Shown piece after piece: positions 27,531 through 38,711 of a stretch of DNA of 64,000 nt; positions within the stretch are counted from its first letter, which is position 1, and every line of letters starts with the position of its first letter. A program made the translations under genes and the position numbers. Below the pieces are notes generated by a model that did no database searches, had not been told where the DNA came from, and saw nothing but the letters and a program-made list of their open reading frames with translations. Source of the DNA: Eutreptiella sp. 'Long Island Sound 2002' (taxonomy: Eukaryota; Protista; Euglenida); assembly GCA_964036045.1 (NCBI GenBank), contig OZ038379.1, positions 8,494,001 through 8,558,000 of the forward strand. Direction: 5' to 3'.

Positions 27531-27919
27531 GTGAGAAAGTATGTTCAATTCACTCATTTTCTGCCTTTTATTCCATCCAGCCCTTTTGTCCCGCACGCAT
27601 ACAGCCATGGCAAAATCAGGGCCCAGAGCTCGCCGGGATTGGGCATTTGTGGGCATTCTTTTCACAAAATTGGTCAGTTGATGAAAAGCCCGGGGCTGGG
27701 GAGGGCAGGGCATTGCTTTAATTTTCATTTCAACACCGGGGGGGGGGGGGCCTCCCCGCTGGACCCCCTCCTTCTTCCCCCTCGCTCTAAATCATGTAAG
27801 AATCAGGGTCCTGGGAACTTTTTTTCATTTGGGCCAATTTTTTTCTTGTGCGCCTTCGGTGCACCTATAGCGGGGTTCTTTGGTCATTCCACTTGTATCA
27901 CCTCTTCCCTGTGTTGCAG

Positions 27920-29376
27920 ATGTCATGTCGCAGCATCCCATATGTACGCTCTTTGGCAGCCTTGGTCCAACCATGCCCCCGCGCAAAACGCAACGACGTT
28001 ATAACTGCGATCCTCTGCTTTCACTTTCAAGATACATGGAGGGGGAAGAAAAAGCAAGAGGCACACAATGCTGCCCAGAAAGCATGTTCCACACTTTTCC
28101 TGAACACTCCAATGGCAACTCTGTGCAAGTTTGTAAGACCAGCAGCCCTAATGGCGGAACAAGACCGAGAGGTCAGTCCAGCTCAGGTGAGTCCAACTCT
28201 AATTGATCTTTGACCAAGAATTCAATGACAATGAACATCCTCTGCGATTTCTGTTTGTCTGCCTGGTGGTGTGTAGGTGAGGGCACAATGTATGGACCCA
28301 AAAAGATGATTTGCATTGCCTGTCTTCAGACATTATGACAAATGTGTATGCTGAATGGGTCAGTGTGGTACATTTTGCAGTTCCTTGCAGGCATGCTGCA
28401 TTTCGGCAGAGAGGGGGGCCGGGGGCGCTCCCCCCTGGACCCCCTCCCCCCCTCCACCCTCCGCTCAAGCAACGCCTTGGCGGGCGGCGGGGTGGGCGGG
28501 GGCACGGAGGCAAATAGGACACACTCCAACTTTTTCTTCCAATGATGAGAACTGCCCCCAGAACCGACTGTCGGAGGTGACTCGGGCCGGGTGTGCGTTT
28601 GTTTAGCATCCTTGGCGAGGGGGATGGGGTGAAATGGAGGAGAAAGGGGAAATAATCGGGGCACATCTGGGGGATTCTCAGCTGTTTGTTTGCAGTGCAG
28701 GTTGACAGGTTGGGCTGATAGCTAACCTTGTTTCTGGGCTGTGGTGGACTGTGAGGACTTTGGTCCTTCCGTCCTTTGTCGGCGGAATGTGAATGTGGGG
28801 CGAACGCAGCGTCGACTCCCAATGCAGTTCGGGAGCACAAGCAGGAAGCATTGCATTTGGTTTCAAGCGAAGAAGAAGAAGGGCAAAGCGCTGTGAACGT
28901 CCCAGTGGGCAGGTCAAAGGGTGGGTGGGTGGGTGGGTGGGCCAGCCAAACCCTTCGGGAGGCCAACCCAACCCCTCCCCCCCCCGCCCCCCCTATCAGA
29001 GCCAAGCCAAGGCCCTGTGAAACAGTAAATGGGTGATCTTCCTGCTATCTTCAGGGTGTCAGGCCTGAGAGTCGATAACAACCCGGAAAGAAATTCATCA
29101 CCACCTGCCGGTGATACTGTTCCCGCCAGCAGCTCCGTCACCAGCAGCTCCAGCACTGCACAGTTGCGCTCTTCTATCTTCCAGCCCAGCTTCCAGTCCA
29201 TTGGAGACAAAAAAGCAACTACACGCACTGGGGATGACAGCCTCTTGTCATTCGACACAATTTCGTCGTTTGCTCGCCCCAACATGCTCAACGCGCCATC
29301 GAGTGCACGCGCGTTGCCGCCAAAGCGACGGCCACGTCTGTTCTTTGGGGCAGATGTACGAATCGGCTCCTCATGA
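27920..29376 (+). CDS. Putative downstream exons of the REC gene (27920-28186, 28330-28358, ~28776-28912, terminal 29055-29376); mirrored at ~11659-13115 on minus
   Basis: Canonical acceptors (TGTTGCAG, TCTTCAG) and donors (GTGAGT, GTCAGT). Phases are compatible for 28186/28330 and 28912/29055. The S/P-rich terminal exon ends ...PPKRRPRLFFGADVRIGSS*. The join to the REC exon is not resolved. Confidence 0.4.
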
Positions 29377-31278
29377 CAGCAACCACATAGAGGGACGCGC
29401 GCTGTGTTTGTATGCCTCCCCTCCCCCCCCCACACACACATACTCGGCGAGTAGTGTAACACTCGGTGTTCCGTCTCATTAGAGTGGACCAAGGCGCAGT
29501 GGGCTCACCGGGAGCTCGCTCCCTCGAGTGAACCCCGCGGTTTCAGCATAATTGGAATGGAAGCCTTGGCACATGTATATGCATATACATATATGGTTGT
29601 GACAGGTCATGCGTTTGCCAGGACAGAGGGCAGTTTGCACGTTTAAAATCCCTGTTTCGGCACCCGTTTGTGCTGTTGCTGCACTAGTTCAGACAAACAT
29701 TTTTCATTGTGCCCAGAATACAAACTGCCTCCCAAAGTGGCAAAAGCACGAACTGGAATGTTGCCAGCACCACAAACTACCGCTTGATTAGAAAGCTTAA
29801 AATTCCTGTTTCTGCGGTCATTGGTCTTGTTGGTGCACTAGTTGAGACAAACATCATTTTATGATTGTGCCCTGATTTCTAATCATGCGGCAGAAGTCAT
29901 TAAATTTGGCTGTGTCCTGCTGCACTCGAGATCGCCCTTGCTGAATGCGTACAAGCTATGGGGTGTTGCCTTTGGTTCCTGGGCTTCCACCAGAAACGGG
30001 CATTCTAGCTTAGGTTGGCGGTTGTTGGTTGGAAGTGTGTTTGTGCATGTGCGTTTGTTTTGTTTGAGTAGTCAGGAGTGATCTCTGATGGCACAGTGTG
30101 CTGTATATGATAGCAAGTAAAAGTGCCTTTGTACTTACGCATGCATTCGCTCCCCCATCCACAACCAGTCACTTGTGTTATACACAATAGTGAACACAAT
30201 TTCGTCGTTTGCTCGCCCCAACATGCTCAACTCGCCATCGAGTGCACGCGCGTGGCCGCCAAAGCGACGGCCACGTCTGTTCTTTGGGGCAGATGTACGA
30301 ATCCTCCTTATGCTCCTTATGCTCCTTATGACACTACCATGCATTATGAGCAATCTGTACACTGTTCCTCAAAATTTTTACGCCCTTTCTACGCTGTTCC
30401 TCAAAAATTTCACGCTGTTCCTGCGCTGGTAGGAATAGCGCTACTACCACTACCACTCCTGGCCGTTGTGTTCGTATGCCTGCCCCCACCTCTCCCACAC
30501 CGCCCAGGAGGCCACCGTGAATAACCCAGGCCGCAACCCGAGAGCCATCCCGGGTACCCCCCCCCCCCCCCGGGCATGGGGAAAATTGGCTTGCGTGGGG
30601 GGGGGGGGGCGGGGTCATTCGAGCCCCCCAAAGGAGGGGGGGCGGGTCTAGGAAAGGCGCTCTCGTGACAGGCCAGTCCCAAGAGGCTAGTCGAAAACCT
30701 CTGATGATGCCTCACCAACTGCGCCGCGAAGTGGCCTGGAAGATTTTTTTTCAAAAAAAAATTACCCCCATGATACATCCCTCAAAATGATCAGCGCATC
30801 GTGGGGATCGTTTTGAGTCCTATATATTGGGGTACCTCAGGACCCCCCCCCCCCCCAACCTCCCCTGTCAGCCTGTTGGGGGTCACCGTCAGCCCCGGCC
30901 TTATCAAAGCTACACCCTTGTCCAATCCAGAACATGGGGCTCGCCTTTGGGGGGGGGGGGGGGGGCTCGACTGCAAGTGCATCGCTGGCTGGGCCAGCTT
31001 CATGAGACCCAACATGTACACCGGTGCCCATGTGCGGGGCAGGCAATCTCTGTGGGAGATGGCGCCCTGCAGCTGCAGTTTAGGCATAGGCACCGTTTTA
31101 AAATTTGGCACTTTTGCATAGCTTTTACAGGAGGGGGGGGTATGCCTGCCCCCACCCTTATTCCATCCAGGATTCTATGTGACTGGAAAATTCGTCACCA
31201 AACCCATGTGTTATGTGGCCGCACTACATTTGTACCGAATCAAATCAGGTACCAAACTTATACAGTCCCTACGTGCGG

Positions 31279-31789
31279 AGCACAGCACACACAGGGCGGT
31301 GCAGGGTGCAGCACGCACTGTGCAGTGCAGCACAGCACACACGGTGCAGTGCTGCGCAGCATGGTGCAGTGCCGCACAGCACATACAGTGCAGTGTACTG
31401 GACAGGATACACAGTGGGGTGCAGAGCACAACACTAACAGTGTGGTGCAGAGCACAGCACATAGAGTGTGGAGCTCAACACAGTCCAGCGCAGCACAACA
31501 CCCAGGGTGCAGTGCGGTGCACAGCACACATAGTGCAGTGGAGGGCACAACACGTGCAGTGCAGCACAGTGCAGTGCAGTGCAGCACAGCACACACCGTG
31601 CGGTGCAGTGCACAGCACACACAGTGCGCAGCACCGCACACAGTATGCAGTGCAGGGCACTGCACGCACAATGCACTGCAGCATGCACAGTGCAGCACAG
31701 CACAGCACAGTGCAGTGCACAACACACACAATGCGTTGCGGAGTACAGCACTCTCAATGCAAGGCACGGTGCAGCACGCGCAGTGCAGG
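31279..31789. repeat. Low-complexity CACAG/TGCAG minisatellite; second tract 33241-33470
   Basis: Degenerate GCACAGTGCAGTGCAGCACAGCACAC repeats. Confidence 0.85.
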
Positions 31790-32824
31790 GCAACCTGAAA
31801 ATTGCTCTGCGGGGCGCGGGGGGGGGGTTGACATGGACGCCCGCCGAAGGAAGGGGGGGGGGGGGTTTGGAGAAATGGGGTTCCGTGTAGGGCCCTTTGT
31901 TTTGTGTAAGAACGGATGTTGGCGCCAAAGGCACAGGAACACAAATCACCTCGAAGAGAGGTTGTTAGATCAAGCGCAGGCGCGAGCGTCGTATACCCCC
32001 CTTTTTTGGGGTTGTTCGCGTAGCATATCCCGATGTATGGTTTCTGACGTCTAACCCCCTGTAAAATCATCATTTTAGGACCAAAAATGATCCCCCAATG
32101 ATTTTTTCGATTTCGACCCCCGTACCCCCCCGCACCGGGGTACCCTTTTTTGGGGGGGGGTGGGGGGGTGGGTGGGGGGGGGTGGGGGGGGGGTCAAAAC
32201 TTCTTTGTGTATTGTGGCTGCTGTGTGTGTATTTGGAGCTGGGTCCTGAAGAACTTTTTTCTTGTATATGGACCCCCTAACCCATGGCGGGGGTCCCCGG
32301 TCCCAACTGCAGGTACCCCCAGTCACCCCCCGCTATATGGCCCCTCGCCAATGAGGACTTAGCCGTTTTCACGCCGGATAGGCTGTTTAGTGGCACGCAG
32401 TAGGTTTTTTGAAATTGGATTTGGATGTTTCATGAAACCCTTCCGTTGCTCCTAGGATGGGTTTGGGTGATGATCTAGTGACAGTTAGGTACTTGAGCAC
32501 CCATGGGCAACCACGTAGTGGGTGCCAAGCCCATGTAGCTCGTGCCATGGCCCCCCCAAAAGCCTCAAAATTTTGCCATTATGTGGGCTGTTTAGTGACA
32601 CCTGCAAGATTTCCGAAATTCGCCACTTTCCGAACCTCTTCAGCCGCCCCTAGGATGGGTTTGGGTGGTCATTTGGTGACAATGCGGGTAATTGAGCACC
32701 CATGGGGACTCATGTAGTGGCCACTGGGCCCATTTAGCGCGAGTCATGGCCCCCCCAAAGTTTCAAAATTGCCGTTTGTACGTGGTTGAATGGCCTTTGG
32801 TGTGTGCACACAACCTGTGCCCTG

Positions 32825-33240
32825 GGCAACCTGAAAATTGCTCTGCGGGGCGCGGGGGGGGGGGTTGACATGGACGCCCGCCGAAGGAAGGGGGGGGGGG
32901 TTGGAGAAATGGGGTTCCGTGTCGGGCCCTTTGTTTTGTGTAAGAACGGATGTTGGCGCCAAAGGCACAGGAACACAAATTTGGCCCGAAAAAGTTTTTT
33001 CCACCAATAATTCCCCCCCCCACATTTGAGTAGTCAAAATGATCAGCGCGATGTGGGTATCATTTTGAGCCATAGATGTTGGGTTGACCCCCCCCCCCCC
33101 CCCGGCACGGCAGGTCGGGCGCCCCCGCCCTGACCTCCCCCCTCCCGTCACGGCGGCCAAGGAGGGAGGGGGGGGGGTTGCGAAAACGGGCCTCCGTGTC
33201 ACCCCCCCCCCCCCCCCCGCAGAGCAATGTTCTTCCCGCC
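32825..33240. mobile_element. Second copy (inverted) of the 10531-10926 MITE; partial direct copy at ~31790-31945
   Basis: Ends GGCAACCTGAAAATTGCTCTGC / GCAGAGCAATGTTCTTCCCGCC; CTG and CAG flanks. Confidence 0.75.
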
Positions 33241-33473
33241 CAGTGCAGCACAGTGCAGGGCAGGGCAGTGCACAGCACACACAGTGCGCTTCGCAGCACA
33301 GTACACACAGTGCAGTGCAGGGCGCAGCACGCACAGTGCATGGCAGCACAGTGCAGTGCAGTGCGCCGCAGCACACACAGTGCAGTGCAGTGCCGTGCAC
33401 GCCACACACAGTGCGGTGCGGAGCTCTGCAGCAGAGCAGTGCAGTGCACATGCTCAGTGACACACGCACAGTG

Positions 33474-33800
33474 AACTCCACTCCAGTCACTAATTTTTTT
33501 GCTGCAGCCCCGAAATTGTACGTTAAGCAAAGGGGTGTTGATAGCCCTGAGTTTGATGTGTTGGGGTGGTAGGATAGGGCATGCAACCACATGGGTTTGG
33601 CAACCCTGGGACATGCCCTCACCTACCCAGTGACTACGGCTGTTGCTGAGGGCTCATTTCGCCTCTCGAAAGATTTTTTGACCCCTGATCAGCGCTCCAT
33701 GTCACATTCTTTGCAGATTGGGCATTTGCTTGCCGGTGTTCCCACTTTGGGCACTGTAGACACAGGCAACAATTTGCCATTCTTCTCGTTTGTGCTGCAC
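33474..33800 (+). pseudogene. Second hAT dimerisation-domain remnant (paralog of 8147-8800)
   Basis: EFDVLGW*DRACNHMGLATLGHALTYPVTTAVAEGSFRLSKDFLTPDQRSMSH; carries the same W-to-stop lesion as the first copy. Confidence 0.65.
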
Positions 33801-34619
33801 TTCTTTTGCCCAACATGTGCCCTGCAGTTCACTGGCCTGATTCTGCGAAAATCCCCCCGCAATTTGGGGGTGGTCGTTGGGGAAGCCCACCTTCGAAAAG
33901 CTTTTCTTGAGCGCTCCAGTTGACCCCATTGAGTCAGCCACAGAATGAAAATATTGGGTGTGGCTATGTCCTTCGCTGAACACAAATCTCTTGACGTCAC
34001 TAGCCTATCATTTTTGACACAGTACCTCCTCCCCATGGATCCGGCGCAAGCAACAACAGCGAGCAACATTTCACCGATGCGTTTCGCATATTACTCTGAC
34101 ATACTAGCCAGGTGGCAGCCGCAAGTCTAGAGACTGCCAGCCCCACACGTGGATTTGCCAAATCCCGGATTTGATCAAAACACTCACCTGTGGCAGCTCG
34201 GGGCGCCAGCCGGAAGTTGGGGGTCTACCCTACAGAATTGGCCCTATTCCAGCTTTTTCTGGCGAAGTCAGCTAAAACTGGGCCAAAACAGGGGGGGGGG
34301 GCTTATCAGAAACGATCGTTGCCGATTTAGCTTGCGTTCTTTATGTCAAGGAAGGTTGTTTCACCTTCTGAATTCACGACATGTCCACAGAATGCCCCCA
34401 AGATGCTCCCAAATAGTCTAGAAATGCTGTGGTTTGGCCTAAAGCGGTGCAGCAACCACGATTGGGCAAAATCTCCGGCTACATGGCTTGGAATCCAATT
34501 CCAAGGGCATTTAGGCTACCCGCAATCCCAACCCAATTCCAACCCTGAAGACTGCCAAAAGGTACGCCTGGACCTTAGTACCGGTGGAGGGTTGGCCATT
34601 GTGAACTAGCTCCCGGAGC

Positions 34620-35390
34620 TCAGTTGGCCTGCAGATGGTTTTTTTTCGTGGCCCGCATTTGTAGACGGTGCACAGTGATTCGTGCCCCACAGGAGTGCTG
34701 TCGGATGTGGTTGGAAGTGGAAGTGGAAGTGCCCGTCTGCATTGGGGGCCGGGGGGGGGGGGCAATAGAAGAGAACCGGGCTTCCAGACTACCGACTGAG
34801 TCCCACGCGCATTTATTGGCAGTGTTTAGATACGCAGTGCACATATACTGTGTGGAAAGAAAAACAGGTTTCCATGTACACATTTTTAATGCACCCCCAC
34901 CCCCACTTGCGAGAACAACGGCCTTATCAGAACAACACGAGGTGTTGCTTCCGCAACTTTTGGAGCCATGTGATTGGGCGGTTCCATACGGACGACGTCG
35001 ACATCTCTCTTCGGTACGGGACTGGCCGTCTTGGCGCTGCGGATTGCAATGCAAGGCGGAGACGGCCGAGGAGGGGGACCAGGGGGACCAGCGGCACACC
35101 AGAATTATGCCCCGGCTGCCCAGGGGCTGGAAGTGGGACCAGCAACTGGCTACTGACATCCTGCGTTGGGTACCGGATCTACAGTGAATAGCAGTGGATA
35201 GCAGGCGAGGTCACTTTTGCACGGCTTGCTGTGTACTTCAAGCTAATGGGGGGGCGTGAGCGCACCGGGCGCGTGCCGGGCATCTTTTTTGACCCGTGCC
35301 CCACCTGTGACCTTTCAGGGGGTGCACTAATGGGCGCACTTAGCGCAGCGCAACTATGTGGGTGGCTAGCCGTACTAAAGACCCATACTT
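34620..35390 (+). repeat. Decayed coding-like repeat (possible retroelement C-terminal region); other copies 43952-44190 and 54737-55149 + 59837-60385
   Basis: Shared blocks such as ...GWKWDQQLATDI.RW.PDLQWMAGEVTFAQL.VYFKL...; no diagnostic catalytic motif seen. Confidence 0.45.
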
Positions 35391-35419
35391 CGAGATACTA
35401 GGGGCATCATTGTTACCCC

Positions 35420-35625
35420 CTAGTGTAGGTTTTGACTTCTGATTTTGTCCCCCTTTGTTTGGGGATTCCCGAGAATGCAGGGGTGACATAGCATTTCCGC
35501 CCTCGTTTGGGCCCCCACGAAGGCAAGGGTGAGGCAGCCAATTCTGATTTTGTCCCCTTTTGTTTGGGGATCCCCAACAATGTAGGGGTGACGTAGCATT
35601 TCCGCCCTCCTTTGGGTTGCCACGC
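35420..35625. repeat. Dispersed repeat with TTCTGATTTTGTCCCC core; copies ~44230, ~60400, and inverted/mirrored ~15765 and ~25090
   Basis: Recurring TTCTGATTTTGTCCCC...TTTGGGGATCCCC...GTAGCATTTCCGCCC units. Confidence 0.75.
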
Positions 35626-35987
35626 AAGATGAGGCAGAGGATGAGGCAGAAGTGTGTGTGTTGTGTTGTCAGAAGTGCTCCACCGTCCCATTTTGTGATG
35701 AGTGTAAGGAGCACTATTGTACTCAATGTATTGACACCCACACTTGTGGGAGCAATGTTGTTTGTTAAGTACAATTGAGCGCACTCAAAGTCGTGGAAAC
35801 AATTGTGGACAGAAGGCAGCAAAAACACAACAGGAAAGGCAACACATGCATACACTGAAGTAAAAGCTTTGCAAAACTGTACATGCCCTTAAGGGCGTAT
35901 AAATGCATTCGCGTCGAAGGCGAGTGCGCGAGACCTCGCGCACACATGGCTGCAAAAAAGGGAAAAATCAACCGGGTTAATCTTGAC

Positions 35988-36620
35988 TTACTTCTTCTTC
36001 GGTGCTGCCGCCTTGGCCAACTTGGCAGACAAGCTTCGTGCCACTGAACTTCCCCCACTCGGAGAGGCAACGGTACTACGGGATGGCTGAGAACCAGAAC
36101 GCGATGGTGGCTTGAACTCCGCACTTGCAGTCTTCGCTTTCTTCTTCGGCTGGTCCTTAGGCGCATCATCAGGACTTGCATCAAAGTGAGAGGTGGGTGC
36201 CCGCTTCCGCTTCTGTGTCTTTGTCTCCATTACTTGCTCCGGATCCTCTTCTTCATCCTCCTCGTCGGCATCTTGATTGTCTGTTTCTTCCGCCTTGTCC
36301 GATTCCTTTCTCTTTTCTTTTGCCTGCTTCTTGCTACTTGAGGGGGTTCCCTTTCTTGCTGCAGTACCCCGAGTTGGCACAACTTGCGCAGTCTTCTTCA
36401 GCCCGGGCAGGGTAGGTGCAGTAGACTCACTGTCATCAATGGGGGCCTCAGACACAATCTGTTGTTGGGCGGCTTCTGTAGCATGCACCTTCTGGTGCCC
36501 TTGGTGACCTCGGTCGCTATCCCAAACCCAGAGTGGAATGCCACGCAAAAGCCAGTGTTCTTGAGTATCCCAACGTGCACCTGTTATTCCATCCTCCATC
36601 TGATCGTTGTCCAACATGTG
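35988..36620 (-). CDS. Unknown K/E/S-rich low-complexity protein exon; second copy 44796-45430
   Basis: More than 200 uninterrupted codons in both copies; acidic and basic tracts, ending AAPKKK*. Start or acceptor not defined. Confidence 0.5.
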   Translation of the reverse strand, partial: HMLDNDQMEDGITGARWDTQEHWLLRGIPLWVWDSDRGHQGHQKVHATEAAQQQIVSEAPIDDSESTAPTLPGLKKTAQVVPTRGTAARKGTPSSSKKQAKEKRKESDKAEETDNQDADEEDEEEDPEQVMETKTQKRKRAPTSHFDASPDDAPKDQPKKKAKTASAEFKPPSRSGSQPSRSTVASPSGGSSVARSLSAKLAKAAAPKKK

Positions 36621-37321
36621 CCGCATGACTATGATGCAGAGCACCGTTGCTGTTTTTTTTACGCGAAGCGGCCTTGTGTATATTTTCTGCGTTAAATTGA
36701 ATTGTCGCACATTTTGAAATTATTTCAGTGGACGTTTCGCACAGCGTAATTTAAAACTTCAGTTTTCAAAGAACGAAAGTTCTGCTGTAGCCCTGTTCTC
36801 CCCAGCTTGTGTGTATTACAGGCTATTTAAATTGCCTTCTGTCTTTTGTGCCATGAGTCAGTTGAAGCATGCGACGGCAGTGTCGACGGATGTGGACTGG
36901 TCTTGGGAACGGTTGATCTCATAGCAGCATGACGTTCTGGACGCGGCTTGGTCGGCACTCGTGGCGCAGCCAAAATTGGCAATGTAGATTCCAGCAGAAC
37001 ATCGGGCGACAGTCTTGCTGGCAGGATCCGCCACGTGGACCTCCTCCAACAGGGTGAACACGACCTCTCTTGCCCGCATCTTTTTTGATGAGCTTGGAGT
37101 CACGATGGTGAATAGCTCCTTCTCATACTACGGAGACGCGCTGGGGATGGCGAAAATTGGCTTGCGCCCGGGGGGGGTCACGGCTGTCGCCTGAAGGAGG
37201 GGGGGGGGGGGGGGGTTTGGGAAATGGACATCCGTGACAGGACCTATGTATGGTCCTCATTGTCAGCCTTTTTTTTTTTTAGTATGGTATACACTCTCTG
37301 ATTTTTGATTTTAGCCAGATC

Positions 37322-37390
37322 CTGAGTTAGCTTAGTTGGTAGTAGGTCTAGGCTCTGATCCCAGGGTCCTGGGTTCAATTCCAGCTTCAT
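37322..37390 (+). other. tRNA-derived (pseudo-tRNA/SINE-head-like) sequence
   Basis: A-box TAGCTTAGTTGG and B-box GGTTCAATTCC at tRNA spacing. A 7-nt loop CTCTGAT (CTG in the anticodon position). Stems are imperfect, so not a functional tRNA call. Confidence 0.5.
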
Positions 37391-37695
37391 GTACTCTTTT
37401 TTTCCCTTCGCTTTTTTCGTCTTTTTTATGTCTTCATGTTTGCATGTTTGCATGTGCATGCCCCCCCCAAGACAGTTTTCTACAGGTCCCCCCATCAGGG
37501 GGGACCCTTTGTGTCAGTCACAGGCACACATACCCCTTAAACCCCCCCCCCCTGCTCTCGACCCCTTCCCCGAAGCAACCAGCCCCTGACAAGGAAACAA
37601 ACAAAAGTCAGTTGAACACAGGGGGCCACTGACAGCACCACTTTGCAAATTTTATTTTTTCTTTTTTGGCGAACCATCCTTTCTGAGTTAAACAG

Positions 37696-38711
37696 GTGCT
37701 GTCTGATGGCTGGGTGCCTGGGCAGGCAGGTTTCACCTTCTTGCCCTACAGGGGGGGGAGGAGAGGACGCCCAGGCACCCAAGGGGTCCAAGAGAGCAGG
37801 GTGGGGTTTAAAAAATAAAAACCTGTAAGTTCCTCTCCTACCCTCCCCGCCTGGGCCACCCCCGCCTTCTTGCCCCCTGCCTTCGGGTTCCACACCTTTT
37901 TTGACTTCAACAGGTTAGGGATGTTGCAGACAAGTTAAATTTTTCTGTGCTGTTTCTGTGATGGACTGTGACAGGACCCATGAATGGTCCCCACTGACTG
38001 TTTTTTTGTTTCGACCGGTGCCCCTTAGGTGCCGGCCGCGTCCAATGATGGAGTTTATTGGTACAACTCCGGAGGGGTGGGGCTTTTTGTGCCAGAAGTT
38101 TATGTCAGGCAGGTGTTACACCCTTCTCTGGACGATCCAAGGAGGGGAGGGGGGAAAAGAAAAAACTGAGGACTGGGGGCGCCCAGGGCTCCTCCTCAGG
38201 AGTCGCGATGCCCAACCCCCTTATAAAGTGGGCTAAGCGAAATACACACTCAGACCCCCCCATCCCATAGGGGCCAAAAAGGTTAACGCGACCTCTCCTT
38301 TCCTTACTCCCACCCACAAGGAAAGGGGGAAAAAAAGTATCTTTTTTCAGGCACCAGATGTCAGACATAATTCCCCTGCCTTTCAAGCCCTACCCTGTTC
38401 CTCGTAATGAGTATGAAGAGTTTTGGAATTCAGAACATTTCTTTGTTTTTGAAATGTTTTTCACTGCTCCGCGCAAGGATAGGACTCAAATTGTTCAGAG
38501 TAGGTGGCAACTGAAGCAACGTGTCATGAAAAGGCTGGCTGACAAGAGATGTACGAACCCTGCCTTTTTAAGTGAAGTGAGACAAGCTGTGATTGTCTCA
38601 CAACAAGAAGCAGCATGTTTGCGGAAGGCAAAGCATAGTGTGCTGGTTGATAATTTGTTGCGCGACTGCCCCTTAGCTAAAGCTAAGCGTATGCGTATGT
38701 GTCTTCCTTGA
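37696..38711 (+). CDS. Spliced passenger ORF of unknown function (exons 37696-37824, 38029-38112, 38351-38711)
   Basis: Three AG/GT-bounded segments join in phase: ...GWGLKNKN|LCRPRPMMEFIGTTPEGWGFLCQKFMSG|RHQMSDIIPLPFKPYPVPRNEYEEFW...CLP*. CTGAC plus a pyrimidine tract precede acceptor 2. Confidence 0.55.

Larger units (their letters stand above)
11507..29530. repeat. Large inverted duplication: 11507-18229 vs 22825-29530, near-identical; more diverged outer arms ~10110-11265 vs 29531-30200
   Basis: ORF-track pairs map as x + y = ~41035 throughout, differing only by scattered substitutions and homopolymer lengths. Confidence 0.95.

Noticed and set aside
31179-32073. Cys/His-rich ORFs resembling metallothionein or keratin-associated proteins
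   Set aside because: They are translations of the CACAG/TGCAG minisatellite, open in several frames on both strands.
36858-37103. Minus-strand 81-aa ORF (also 45665-45910) as a host exon
   Set aside because: It is the antisense of the gag N-terminus; the plus frame (…LARIFFDELG…GLEVQ) is homologous to element 3 gag.
37322-37390. Functional tRNA-Gln gene
   Set aside because: Acceptor, T and anticodon stems contain mismatches; kept only as tRNA-derived.
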